Below are positions 16,320 to 24,442 of a stretch of 39,245 nucleotides of DNA, one piece after another. Source of the stretch: a virus. The position numbers and the translations under genes are program-made. Position 1 is the stretch's first letter. Each line of letters begins with the position of its first letter. The stretch is taken from positions 1 through 39,245 of the IMG/VR virus record IMGVR_UViG_3300028835_000398. One strand, 5' to 3'. The notes under the pieces were generated by a model. It searched no databases and was not told where the DNA came from. It saw only the letters and a list, made by a program, of their open reading frames with translations.

Positions 16320-16616
16320 TTAAGAATACTCTCTTATCCCACATTTCTTATAAAGCCACGTCATTCTTTGATTTAAGGCTACACTGCCACCAAATACTTT
16401 GCCCTGATGCTCATAATAGGATTTCATAATCAGAAGTAGCTTAGTAGCGTGTCCTTGCCCTTCTTGCTTGCTTTGTATAGTGTATATAGTTGCCCAATCT
16501 TTAGCTGTAGCAACGTGGGCTGAACAGGATTTATACCACCACTCATCTAATTCCATTCCCAGAACATTCACTTTTTGGGGCTCAGTATATATTATCTGAT
16601 ACTTCTTATTAGGCAT
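16320..16616 (-). CDS. Small GNAT-like acetyltransferase (tentative)
   Basis: QEGQGHATKLL fits the Q/R-x-x-G-x-G/A acetyl-CoA loop. The preferred ATG is 16616 after GAGGA; the track ORF starts at TTG 16631. Confidence 0.45.
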   Translation of the reverse strand: MPNKKYQIIYTEPQKVNVLGMELDEWWYKSCSAHVATAKDWATIYTIQSKQEGQGHATKLLLIMKSYYEHQGKVFGGSVALNQRMTWLYKKCGIREYS

Positions 16617-17361
16617 CTTCTTCCTCACCAATTACTTCAAGCCCACCCTTCCCTAGATTTCTGGGCTTGTTTTTCTCTGCTTGTTCGCTCTCCAATATAC
16701 GCTCAACATAAGCTATCGGGTTAGTAGCCTTTAGGGATTGTGGTTTATCCAGAGCATCTTTGAACTGGTTAAAGGAAAAGTGTTCCGCTATGTGTTTTAA
16801 CCTTTCGGCATCATTAGCTCCTGCCACCTTGCCGACCTTTGTTTCATAATAAGTAGCCATCTGGCTTATAGTCTCATCAGAGACTATTGGAGTTTCTAAA
16901 ATAGATATTTTCTCTTTGCTAGGGGGGCTTCGCCCCTCTTTGGCACTCTTGCCTAGCATATTAACTAACCGTTGTGGTGGTGGTGGTATCTCTGAGTAAC
17001 CATACTTCCCTTTAGCCTCATAGTCTTTTTTTAGGTGAGTTTGCTCACTTGCGAAGCCAGCACACCAGAGGCAAGACATTCCCTTTGCTTGGTATCGTTC
17101 CAGCAGACCTAGACCATCATCACGCTTAATTTCTTGTATCCTGTCTAGCATCTGGTCAACTTGTTCTACCGTCCAATCTCTCAAGGGACACACATTACCC
17201 TTGACAATAAAAGGGTCTCCAAAATATCTACCCTCAGCGTCTAGCCACGTTACAAGCAAGTCGTATAGCAACGCTTCGCTGTCCGTCAGGGCATTGAACT
17301 TCGGGTCGTATGAGCGTTTTCTACTTAATAATCTACCTCTTGGAATAGCCCACCTCCCCAT
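16609..17361 (-). CDS. Replisome organiser / DnaD-like replication initiation protein (tentative)
   Basis: 250 aa located immediately upstream of the DnaC-like loader. The N-terminal region ALTDSEALLYDLLVTWLDAEGRY is reminiscent of phage replisome-organiser N-domains. Confidence 0.45.
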   Translation of the reverse strand: MGRWAIPRGRLLSRKRSYDPKFNALTDSEALLYDLLVTWLDAEGRYFGDPFIVKGNVCPLRDWTVEQVDQMLDRIQEIKRDDGLGLLERYQAKGMSCLWCAGFASEQTHLKKDYEAKGKYGYSEIPPPPQRLVNMLGKSAKEGRSPPSKEKISILETPIVSDETISQMATYYETKVGKVAGANDAERLKHIAEHFSFNQFKDALDKPQSLKATNPIAYVERILESEQAEKNKPRNLGKGGLEVIGEEEDA

Positions 17362-17908
17362 GCACCATTAGACGGACTAATCGTATTTCAGCTTTGAGTT
17401 CCCTTATTGCTTCTGCTTGTCCATCTTGGTAGCCTTTAATATAGCCATCATTGTATCCCTTTTGATGCTCTCCAGTATGTGCTTGCTTTGTGGTAAGATA
17501 TAAGTTCTCAATCCTATTATCATCCTTAATGCCGTTTTTATGGTGAACTATCTCCCACGAATGGAGGCAACGACCTAAAGATATTGCCATCACTAACCGA
17601 TGCTCAGCTATATACCAAGCCCTTGACTTTGCATTGCCTCCTATTTTTGCCATTTCAAAATATGGACTATTTGGAGCGATTAAGAGAGCTACATAACCCT
17701 CTTTTGTCTTTGTTCGCCCACCCTTCCAATTGCAGTTTCTTCTTCCCTTTCTTGAGCAAGAAATACACAGTATACATCTTGTATTTCTATAGGCAGATAA
17801 AGATACCCATCGCTCTTTACCGCACTCAGCACAAGCTAGCCATATCATATTCTCTGTCTTACTATAGCCAAGTTCTTTAGAGTTTCGTATCTCGTTTATA
17901 TTTGGCAT
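17333..17908 (-). CDS. HNH homing endonuclease
   Basis: Contains HHKNGIKDDNRIENLYL plus CAEC...CISC zinc pairs. It follows a 153-bp intergenic region (17909..18061) and its 3' end overlaps the organiser gene start by 29 nt. Confidence 0.8.
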   Translation of the reverse strand: MPNINEIRNSKELGYSKTENMIWLACAECGKERWVSLSAYRNTRCILCISCSRKGRRNCNWKGGRTKTKEGYVALLIAPNSPYFEMAKIGGNAKSRAWYIAEHRLVMAISLGRCLHSWEIVHHKNGIKDDNRIENLYLTTKQAHTGEHQKGYNDGYIKGYQDGQAEAIRELKAEIRLVRLMVHGEVGYSKR

Positions 17909-18061
17909 AATATCATCCTATCGGGTAGCCCCACCCCTGCCAGCTAGTAGCCAATAGAACTTATCAACTCTGCTACTCTGTCTTGCCAGTGCTGGTTCAC
18001 TCGGAGTGGATACCGAGCCCTAACACACTTTATGGTAGCTAGCAAAGGCAGGACACACACC

Positions 18062-19150
18062 CTATAGTAACTTCTGCTCCCTAGCAGACTCAGGCTCAAG
18101 CCCCTTCTTGAGCTTCTCCATTATGTCCTCAAACTGCCACACTTTGAGGTCGCCTATCTTTGTGATGCCCCACTTCATATCCTTGTTACAGTAAGCCCCG
18201 AACTCTGGCATACCAAAGCCCTCTACTTTCCCCATCGCCAAAGCTAGCTCCGATGCTTGCTCCTCAGTTATGGGGTTCTCGTTTTTGGTCGCTGGCTCTG
18301 CTTCGGGTTCTGGCTCAGGCTCTTTGGCTTCCTGCACCTCCTTAAACTCTGCCTCAATAGGCTCTTTAGCCTCTTCCTGTTTTTCTATATTACCCCATAA
18401 TTCCTCTATATCCTTTTCAACTTCTGCCTCATAGACAGCCTCCAAGTCAGGCACATCTATCATTAAGGTCTTAGCTTGTTCTCTGGCTACATCAGCTAGT
18501 TGTGCCAGCGTTACATTAGTTCGTAGATTTAATACGAAGACAGTTTGTTTCTTGCCATCTTCGGGATTAGCAACTGTCACTGGCTCAAGAGTGAGTTTAA
18601 GAGGGATTAAAGATATTCTACCAAATGCTTTCTTAATTATCTTAGCACAGGAATTGATATTTAGAATGGAATTTTTTGAGCCTGTATCTATCTGCCAAAC
18701 TCCAAGTCCTGCCACTTCGGGTAAAAGAAATCGCAGGTTCATAACTTCGTGGCACTTCTTTGCCTTGTAATCAGGACAACTCTTACCCTCACAGTTAAAA
18801 TCCTTTAGGCTGACTGTTTTAGTATCCTTAGTAGGCAATTTTTCTGTCTTAATATCAACCATCCTTAAGGCATTTTCACCATCACCTTTGCATATAAGAC
18901 CGTGAGTCTGGTCGTATGCTCTGTAGTATTGAGAAGCCCATAATTCATCATCTTCTAGTGGTATTAAGATGCGAAGCTCCTTTGGCTTCTCCCCAAATAC
19001 CCTTATCAGTTCCTTATAATCAGAGTGGTCTTTGGGAAACACGAAGTAATCCGTTTTCATCGGATAACCCTTTTCGGGATGCTTGATGCCAAGATGTATT
19101 TTGCCAAGTCTAGGGAGTCTAACCGAGTCGCTTAAATCTTTGATAGGCAT
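18062..19150 (-). CDS. Early protein with a Cys cluster and an acidic Glu/Pro linker (DNA-binding or recombination-associated suspected)
   Basis: 362 aa. Contains LPRLGKIHLG, CKGDG...CEGKSCPDYKAKKC and EPEPEPEAEP. Strong AAGGAGAGG RBS. Confidence 0.6.
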   Translation of the reverse strand: MPIKDLSDSVRLPRLGKIHLGIKHPEKGYPMKTDYFVFPKDHSDYKELIRVFGEKPKELRILIPLEDDELWASQYYRAYDQTHGLICKGDGENALRMVDIKTEKLPTKDTKTVSLKDFNCEGKSCPDYKAKKCHEVMNLRFLLPEVAGLGVWQIDTGSKNSILNINSCAKIIKKAFGRISLIPLKLTLEPVTVANPEDGKKQTVFVLNLRTNVTLAQLADVAREQAKTLMIDVPDLEAVYEAEVEKDIEELWGNIEKQEEAKEPIEAEFKEVQEAKEPEPEPEAEPATKNENPITEEQASELALAMGKVEGFGMPEFGAYCNKDMKWGITKIGDLKVWQFEDIMEKLKKGLEPESAREQKLL

Positions 19151-19188
19151 TTTACCTCTCCTTTTTATTTCCTTTTAAGGCATACTAT

Positions 19189-19674
19189 CTACTCACGTGC
19201 TTCAATGACGAAACGCTTACTTTCCTTAACCTCAGAGCACTTGTCCATCTGCTCCTGCGTTACTAGACCACCTTTCAGCAATCCCTTGAGTCGGGACGCA
19301 TCCACCTGAACAAGTATCTTGTCGGCAAAGTCAGGGATATGCTTCCTGATTTTCACTGGGTCATAGGTGGTCAGTTTACGTATCTGTTGAAGGGCATAAA
19401 GCCCCTGCTCAACGTCCTGATAGCCACCAAACTCAACAATAGCCTGTTCAAGAGTAGCCCTAGCCGTAATCGCTGTTGAGAGTGTTACGTTCTTCGTTAC
19501 GGCAGATGGCAAAGCCTCAATCTCTTTCTCTAGCGTAGCCTGAGCTTCATCAGCTAATTGTTTGGCTGCCAGCCACTCATCAAAGAGTCCCTTGACCTCT
19601 GGGGGATTGACGAGCTTGACTGCACTCTCAGAGTAATCAGGGTTCTTAGCCTTTTTAACTTCTTCGGTTGTCAA
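19189..19674 (-). CDS. Hypothetical coiled-coil early protein
   Basis: 161 aa with a TTG start after GAGGAGG. Confidence 0.55.
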   Translation of the reverse strand: MTTEEVKKAKNPDYSESAVKLVNPPEVKGLFDEWLAAKQLADEAQATLEKEIEALPSAVTKNVTLSTAITARATLEQAIVEFGGYQDVEQGLYALQQIRKLTTYDPVKIRKHIPDFADKILVQVDASRLKGLLKGGLVTQEQMDKCSEVKESKRFVIEARE

Positions 19675-19731
19675 TGACTTTCCTCCTCTCTAGTATATTA
19701 TTGTTGATATATTACTATTAGTATATTCCCG

Positions 19732-19911
19732 TTAGGGTATTAGCGGTTGTTGACCGAGTGGAGTCCTGTCAATAGACCGCAGTTGCTTATGGGCTGTAGT
19801 CATTTTCTCAAGGGCTTCCCACTCGCCGTCATTTTTGGGCAGAACTTCCGTAATGAGTTTGCCAAGCTCACTTGATAGGTCATTCAGCTTTTTAACTTGG
19901 TCTGGGTTCAT
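19732..19911 (-). CDS. 59-aa hypothetical protein (below the ORF-track cutoff)
   Basis: My translation begins MNPDQVKKLNDLSSELGKLITEVLPKNDGEWEALEKM... The AGGAGG RBS lies 5 nt upstream of the ATG. Confidence 0.6.
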   Translation of the reverse strand: MNPDQVKKLNDLSSELGKLITEVLPKNDGEWEALEKMTTAHKQLRSIDRTPLGQQPLIP

Positions 19912-19962
19912 TGTTGCCTCCTTTCTATTGTTCCCAAAAGGGAACTATTTATAGGTTTTAAG

Positions 19963-20226
19963 CTAAAACTCTACTACTTCTGGCTTCCCAAAAGTATCAA
20001 AGTTCTTTACTTTATCGCAGCCTTCCCTTCTAGCATTGGTCAATCCCGCCCTAGCTCTCTCTAGTAAATCTCCCAAACCAAAGCGGTTATAGTAGCAACA
20101 CTCAAACTTACTTCCGACAACGAGAAAGATACAACAGTCTGCGCCCTGCCCTATCTTACAATGCGCTGCAATCTCCTCCTCTGTAGGAAATATCTCCGTG
20201 TAGCAATCGTGAACTATCGCTTTCAT
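19963..20226 (-). CDS. Cys-rich hypothetical protein
   Basis: 87 aa with 8 Cys (CKIGQGADCCIF...ECCYY). AAGGGGGA RBS. Confidence 0.6.
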   Translation of the reverse strand: MKAIVHDCYTEIFPTEEEIAAHCKIGQGADCCIFLVVGSKFECCYYNRFGLGDLLERARAGLTNARREGCDKVKNFDTFGKPEVVEF

Positions 20227-20255
20227 AGCTTCCCCCTTTCTCTTGAATTAGTATC

Positions 20256-20444
20256 TTATGAGGACGCAGGTGGCTTGTAGCCCCTAGCGTCCCTTATTTT
20301 TTTACGTATCTCATAGTGCTTCATACAATAAGCCTGCCCTTTAATTAACAACCCTATCACTAACTTTCTAGGAATGGAGCAATCGGGACAGACAAGAGCA
20401 CTATTAACTTGCTCGTTACCTATCCTGATTTGTTTAACCTTCAT
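20256..20444 (-). CDS. Small zinc-ribbon protein
   Basis: 62 aa with CPDC...C..H. The ATG overlaps the XRE stop (ATGA). Confidence 0.55.
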   Translation of the reverse strand: MKVKQIRIGNEQVNSALVCPDCSIPRKLVIGLLIKGQAYCMKHYEIRKKIRDARGYKPPASS

Positions 20445-20644
20445 CCTCTTTTAGCTAGCCTTGTCAGTTGACGTAGTGCTAATATACTAGGTCTCTTGTC
20501 TCCCCTTTCCCATCGGCTGACAGTAATTTTATGAACACCTAGCAGCTTAGCGAACTCCTCTTGACTTAACCGCATAGATTTCCGTAGTTTGATAATCCTT
20601 TTAGCATCATAAGTAATCATTTGCATATAGGTAATAGTATACAC
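20441..20644 (-). CDS. XRE/Cro-CI family helix-turn-helix regulator
   Basis: Contains LSQEEFAKLLGVHKITVSRWERGDKRPS. The likely true start is ATG 20626 (MQMITYD), a few nt downstream of a near-consensus promoter, which would make the mRNA leaderless. Confidence 0.8.
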   Translation of the reverse strand: MYTITYMQMITYDAKRIIKLRKSMRLSQEEFAKLLGVHKITVSRWERGDKRPSILALRQLTRLAKRG

Positions 20645-20664
20645 CTGCTTACAGAGTTTGTCAA
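20636..20664 (-). promoter_or_regulatory. Sigma70-type promoter TTGACA-N17-TATACT driving the XRE gene
   Basis: On the minus strand the sequence reads TTGACAaactctgtaagcaggtgTATACT. The -10 ends about 10 nt before ATG 20626. Confidence 0.6.
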
Positions 20665-20676
20665 GCCCCCCAGTGA

Positions 20677-20820
20677 TTATTTTCTGGGCTTCTCTTTCTT
20701 TTCCTGTCTGAGAACCAGACCCTCATTGACTATCTCGCCCATAGTTTTCTTTTCCTTGATGCTGTCAATGCGTCCTTGTTCCCAGAGCTTCTTATCCACA
20801 TTGCAAATAGTTACTTTCAT
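20677..20820 (-). CDS. 47-aa ribbon-helix-helix (Arc/CopG-like) DNA-binding protein (below the ORF-track cutoff)
   Basis: My translation is MKVTICNVDKKLWEQGRIDSIKEKKTMGEIVNEGLVLRQEKKEKPRK, which fits a beta-strand followed by two helices. GAGGAG RBS lies 6 nt upstream. Confidence 0.6.
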   Translation of the reverse strand: MKVTICNVDKKLWEQGRIDSIKEKKTMGEIVNEGLVLRQEKKEKPRK

Positions 20821-20833
20821 ATCTCACTCCTCT

Positions 20834-21046
20834 CTATGTTACTTGGACAAAATCAGTCCACGCCCTGCTTTCGTGTAGCTGGCAGTAGTGCTTCCCATTA
20901 TCAAAGTTCACATAGATACGCTGACCGAACTTGATAATCTGACCGCACTCCTCACACCTCACAGACACGTTGCGTGGGCAGACCGTCCAGCCGACCCACC
21001 TTCTTACTAGTGGGTCATACCTGAACTTTATCTCATTGCCCATCAA
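20834..21046 (-). CDS. Small zinc-finger protein
   Basis: 70 aa with CPRN..CEEC...C..H. Confidence 0.55.
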   Translation of the reverse strand: MMGNEIKFRYDPLVRRWVGWTVCPRNVSVRCEECGQIIKFGQRIYVNFDNGKHYCQLHESRAWTDFVQVT

Positions 21047-21519
21047 TATCCTCTCCTTTCTGGTAAGCCGAAATATGCCACATCCATCTTCTTCTCTAGC
21101 TTATCGCACCAATCCTCAGCATCCTGTTCTAGCTTGGCAATCTGCTCTCGCAATTTAGTTACCCTATCAAGGACAACTGCATTGGCAGGTGTAGCTTCGT
21201 AAATTCTGGAATACCGCAGGTTTTCTTTGCTGACACCCGAACCCCACCCTGTATGTTCGTTTGCAACAAAGCGAATAGATGAGTCATTCGGATTGCAGCT
21301 AGTAACCCGACCAGCCACGATAGAAGAACCTTTGCGCTCATAGGCATTGATAGGGAAGTTCCACTTGAACTTGACCAGCTTATCAATCTGCTTCTCCAAG
21401 TCCTCTTGGAGCACGGCAGAGCTGACCTCATCACCACTCTCATCCCTCGCTACGAACTTCTTGCGACTATCATCATAGCTGATATTATAGGTTTTATACT
21501 CGCCAATTTTGGTTAGCAT
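21043..21519 (-). CDS. Hypothetical protein
   Basis: 158 aa with AAGGAG RBS. The overlapping 94-aa ORF in another frame on the same strand was rejected. Confidence 0.6.
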   Translation of the reverse strand: MLTKIGEYKTYNISYDDSRKKFVARDESGDEVSSAVLQEDLEKQIDKLVKFKWNFPINAYERKGSSIVAGRVTSCNPNDSSIRFVANEHTGWGSGVSKENLRYSRIYEATPANAVVLDRVTKLREQIAKLEQDAEDWCDKLEKKMDVAYFGLPERRGY

Positions 21520-21540
21520 TGTAATCTCCTTTCTCTGTTT

Positions 21541-21762
21541 TTATTCCATCACCTTACCTGTGACACCCACTGTTACCTCAAGCCTTTGGGCTGTTCCCTT
21601 TGGGTAGTTTTCAACAATGTGGGCTATCATTTCTAACCTTAGCTCATTCTCTATATAGATATTGACATCGGATGATTGCTCTCGGTATGTCTTCTTGCCA
21701 GCGTGGAATATGATGTATCCGTTGTCTATTTTCTCCACATCAAAGGTAAAAACCTTCTTCAT
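21541..21762 (-). CDS. Hypothetical small protein
   Basis: The preferred ATG is 21762 (MKKVFTF), 8 nt after GAAAGGGG. The track start GTG 21771 abuts the RBS. Confidence 0.55.
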   Translation of the reverse strand: MKKVFTFDVEKIDNGYIIFHAGKKTYREQSSDVNIYIENELRLEMIAHIVENYPKGTAQRLEVTVGVTGKVME

Positions 21763-21834
21763 AATGCACACCCCTTTCTTTAGATTTCTGGGGGCTTGGT
21801 GTTATACCAGCCCCCGATGTAACTATGCCTCTAT

Positions 21835-22347
21835 TTAACTATTGCTATCACCCCCTTTCTTCACATATCCTATAATTATATTATGGGGAAAATCTATAAG
21901 TAGCTTACCCCCACAATTACACTTTTCCCTCTGTGCCAAGACCCATCCACTATATCTAATACCGCAGCTAGCACAGACAGCTTTGGGACAGCTCTCGCTC
22001 TGAAACTCTGCTAGCCCTGCATCGCCTGTTACTTCTGGCATCCCTTTGCCCCCCGCTTTGGCTAGGGCTTTCTTTCTGTAATCCAGCGGTAGCTTATTGG
22101 AAAGGAATAACGCATAAAGATATAGAGCCTTTCTATTTGCGTCATCAGCTTGAAAGCAAGCCTCACTGAAGTCGTTTCTAACAACAGCAGTAAGAAAATC
22201 ACCAAGGGGATAAGCCTCACGATACCATTTATAGATGTGGTGCATACACATTGCTATATGGTCTAGCTCATCTAAGGTAAATGGTATCTTGGGCATTAAG
22301 CCTTCAGCATTTTCCGCTACCCACTGTCTAATATCGGTCTGTTCCAT
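21835..22347 (-). CDS. Hypothetical protein with a C-terminal zinc ribbon
   Basis: 170 aa with CASCG...CNCGG. Confidence 0.6.
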   Translation of the reverse strand: MEQTDIRQWVAENAEGLMPKIPFTLDELDHIAMCMHHIYKWYREAYPLGDFLTAVVRNDFSEACFQADDANRKALYLYALFLSNKLPLDYRKKALAKAGGKGMPEVTGDAGLAEFQSESCPKAVCASCGIRYSGWVLAQREKCNCGGKLLIDFPHNIIIGYVKKGGDSNS

Positions 22348-22416
22348 CTCATATCTCCTTACTATTTATTCCTTAGCAACTCAATAGTGGGCAGGAGCTA
22401 TGTATTTTGCTTTGTG

Positions 22417-22812
22417 TTATGCAGTTTGGGCTAACTCAAATATCTCATCAGCGTATTTGTGCCATTTCCTTTGTAGCGGGGCAATCCGCCCTGCTAGCTT
22501 CTCTCGCTTGCCTATAAGTGTCAGGTATTTTGCTAGTTTATCGTATTGATTGAGCATATAAACCTTTACTTGGTCAGGGCTAGTCAGCACAACTCCACAG
22601 GTGTTCCCGTGTATCTCAACCCCGATGTTCCACTGGTCTATAAACTCATCCGCTTCAAGATTACCCCCAAACTTCTTGTTGTAGTTGTGGTGGCTAATAT
22701 CAAACTTAACTTTGGGAGCAAACTCAATCTCCACCAGCTTTACTAATCTCCACCTGCCAGCCCGATGCCAAGTCAAGCCATTAAGCAGGTCAATGAGTTC
22801 CTGTCTTTCCAC
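22417..22812 (-). CDS. Hypothetical protein, first gene downstream of the consensus promoter
   Basis: 131 aa with a GTG start 7 nt after AAGGAG. Confidence 0.6.
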   Translation of the reverse strand: MERQELIDLLNGLTWHRAGRWRLVKLVEIEFAPKVKFDISHHNYNKKFGGNLEADEFIDQWNIGVEIHGNTCGVVLTSPDQVKVYMLNQYDKLAKYLTLIGKREKLAGRIAPLQRKWHKYADEIFELAQTA

Positions 22813-22875
22813 TTTGCTTCTCCTTTGCCCCCGCCCACTATTCAGTTGTTAAGGTGCTATCCGACTTACCCAAAG

Positions 22876-22904
22876 ATTATACCATAGGCTGTCAAGTATG
22901 TCAA
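22876..22904 (-). promoter_or_regulatory. Consensus sigma70 promoter TTGACA-N17-TATAAT with a duplicated -35 hexamer
   Basis: On the minus strand the sequence reads TTGACAtacTTGACAgcctatggTATAAT. The distal TTGACA sits exactly 17 nt from TATAAT. The promoter is about 60 nt upstream of GTG 22812. Confidence 0.7.
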
Positions 22905-23029
22905 CTCAGGCTTGCCAGCTTAACATTTCAATACAATCTCCTGCGACTTATTTTCAGGGGAGTTTTCAGGTCGGCATAACCCAAGACATTAACCGACCTC
23001 TAACACCCACCTAGATTTTTAAGTTAGCT

Positions 23030-23296
23030 TCAATCAAACTTACCCTGCTCAAATATCACCACCGTCCCAACCAGAGACCTGCTCAGAGCAAGAGAAGCTA
23101 CCGCATTATACGGCAAGCCCAACGGCAAGCCGTCCTCGTTCACGATTACATCAGCCCAATCACCCTTATATACAGTGTTAAAGTGCTCTATGTAGCCACC
23201 GACTAGCTCTTGTAGCTCCTCTAGGCTAGGATGGTGCTTATCAGACTCAACCATTCTCTCTGAGCCATCATCCTTGATAACTCTCAGCTTATACAT
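23030..23296 (-). CDS. Hypothetical small protein
   Basis: 88 aa with AAGGAGG RBS. Confidence 0.6.
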   Translation of the reverse strand: MYKLRVIKDDGSERMVESDKHHPSLEELQELVGGYIEHFNTVYKGDWADVIVNEDGLPLGLPYNAVASLALSRSLVGTVVIFEQGKFD

Positions 23297-23322
23297 AGCG
23301 ACCTCCTTTCTGAGCAGTTAAA

Positions 23323-23727
23323 CTAGAAACCTATATGCTGAGCACGGATAGTCGTGCCGACTATCCGTAATTCTTCCTGCTCGTCAATAGGCTCACGGAG
23401 CTTGCCGTTAAAGGACTTAGCTATCTGGCAGGCTTTCTTATAAGGTATGAGCCTGCCACAGTCACCGCTTAGAGGTATATAGCCAGCCCTGCCCTCAATG
23501 GCTATGCCTATTACAGTAGCTAAGCCAGTAAAGCAGAGTTTAGCCCCCCTACGGTAGAGGTCAACAAACGCCTCAAAGTCTCCGCACTTCGGGCAGATAT
23601 AGGTATTGGTCAACCAACGAGATAGAGCATTGCGACCCTCGTGCCTATATTTAGGCTTACCGCAATATGGGCAAGGCTCACCTTCAGGACTACCCCAAAC
23701 CTCAGCCTTGATTTTGGTGTTCTCCAT
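23323..23727 (-). CDS. Hypothetical protein with a zinc ribbon
   Basis: 134 aa with CPYCG...CPKCG. AAGGAGG RBS. Confidence 0.6.
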   Translation of the reverse strand: MENTKIKAEVWGSPEGEPCPYCGKPKYRHEGRNALSRWLTNTYICPKCGDFEAFVDLYRRGAKLCFTGLATVIGIAIEGRAGYIPLSGDCGRLIPYKKACQIAKSFNGKLREPIDEQEELRIVGTTIRAQHIGF

Positions 23728-23890
23728 AGCAACCTCCTTTCAGTTATTTTTTATAGACTCCTTACTATCAGGCATAGTAAGCTCCACAAGCTCATCACTG
23801 GCTGGCTCATAGACTACCTTTGCCCAAGAGCCTATAGTGCTCAGCAATGAGCTTTGTTATGGTTTCCTCTAACACTTTCCAGTTCATAGC

Positions 23891-24094
23891 TTATCCCCTA
23901 TACAGTTTTGTCAGCGTCTTAACCGTGCCACGCTTGGTATAGCTATCAGCCTTGAAACTCCTACCGTTTAGGCTCACGGTCATTGACAGGCTCTTTATAA
24001 GTTCCTCAGTTATTCTAGCCTTACTCCTGTCAATCCACTTGTCAGGATATAGGGAGTGATACTTGCGATACCTAGCACGCTCTCTCGCTCTCAT
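23891..24094 (-). CDS. Small basic hypothetical protein
   Basis: The preferred ATG is 24094 (MRARERARYRKY), 6 nt after GAAAGGGG. The track start TTG 24100 abuts the RBS. Confidence 0.5.
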   Translation of the reverse strand: MRARERARYRKYHSLYPDKWIDRSKARITEELIKSLSMTVSLNGRSFKADSYTKRGTVKTLTKLYRG

Positions 24095-24177
24095 AGTCAA
24101 CCCCTTTCACTTACTAGAGCCTATCGGCTCAGGTCTGGGGCTATAGCCTGAGCTATCCCCAGAACTCAATAGATTAG

Positions 24178-24369
24178 CTACGCCTCTTTAATGGCTTTTA
24201 ATTCTTTGCTTGTAAGGCATATTATATAGCCTGTATCTAGCATTATATTTGTTGTTTGGCAAGGCTTCTCGGCTAATTTTATGCTAGTAATTTTGCCCTC
24301 TAAAATTGCATTTTCCTCCTCATAAGTTGTATTTCCTTCCATCAAAAGTCTTTTGTATATTACATACAT
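24178..24369 (-). CDS. Hypothetical small protein
   Basis: 63 aa with AAGGGAGG RBS. Confidence 0.55.
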   Translation of the reverse strand: MYVIYKRLLMEGNTTYEEENAILEGKITSIKLAEKPCQTTNIMLDTGYIICLTSKELKAIKEA

Positions 24370-24442
24370 CTTTCCGTGCCTCCCTTTTAGATTTACCTAT
24401 AATCTCTCGTGATTAAATTCTAGGCTGTTAAGCTGGCATACC

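Noticed and set aside
20441-21046. A toxin-antitoxin pair formed by the RHH protein and a neighbour
   Set aside because: The gene following the RHH gene is an XRE regulator with its own promoter, not a recognisable toxin such as ParE, RelE or a GNAT. The GNAT-like gene is 4 kb away.
23728-23890. Two tiny coupled ORFs (26 aa from ATG 23887 and 19 aa from ATG 23810) in the gap between 23727 and 23891
   Set aside because: They are too short, lack a convincing RBS and have no informative composition. The gap may instead be regulatory.
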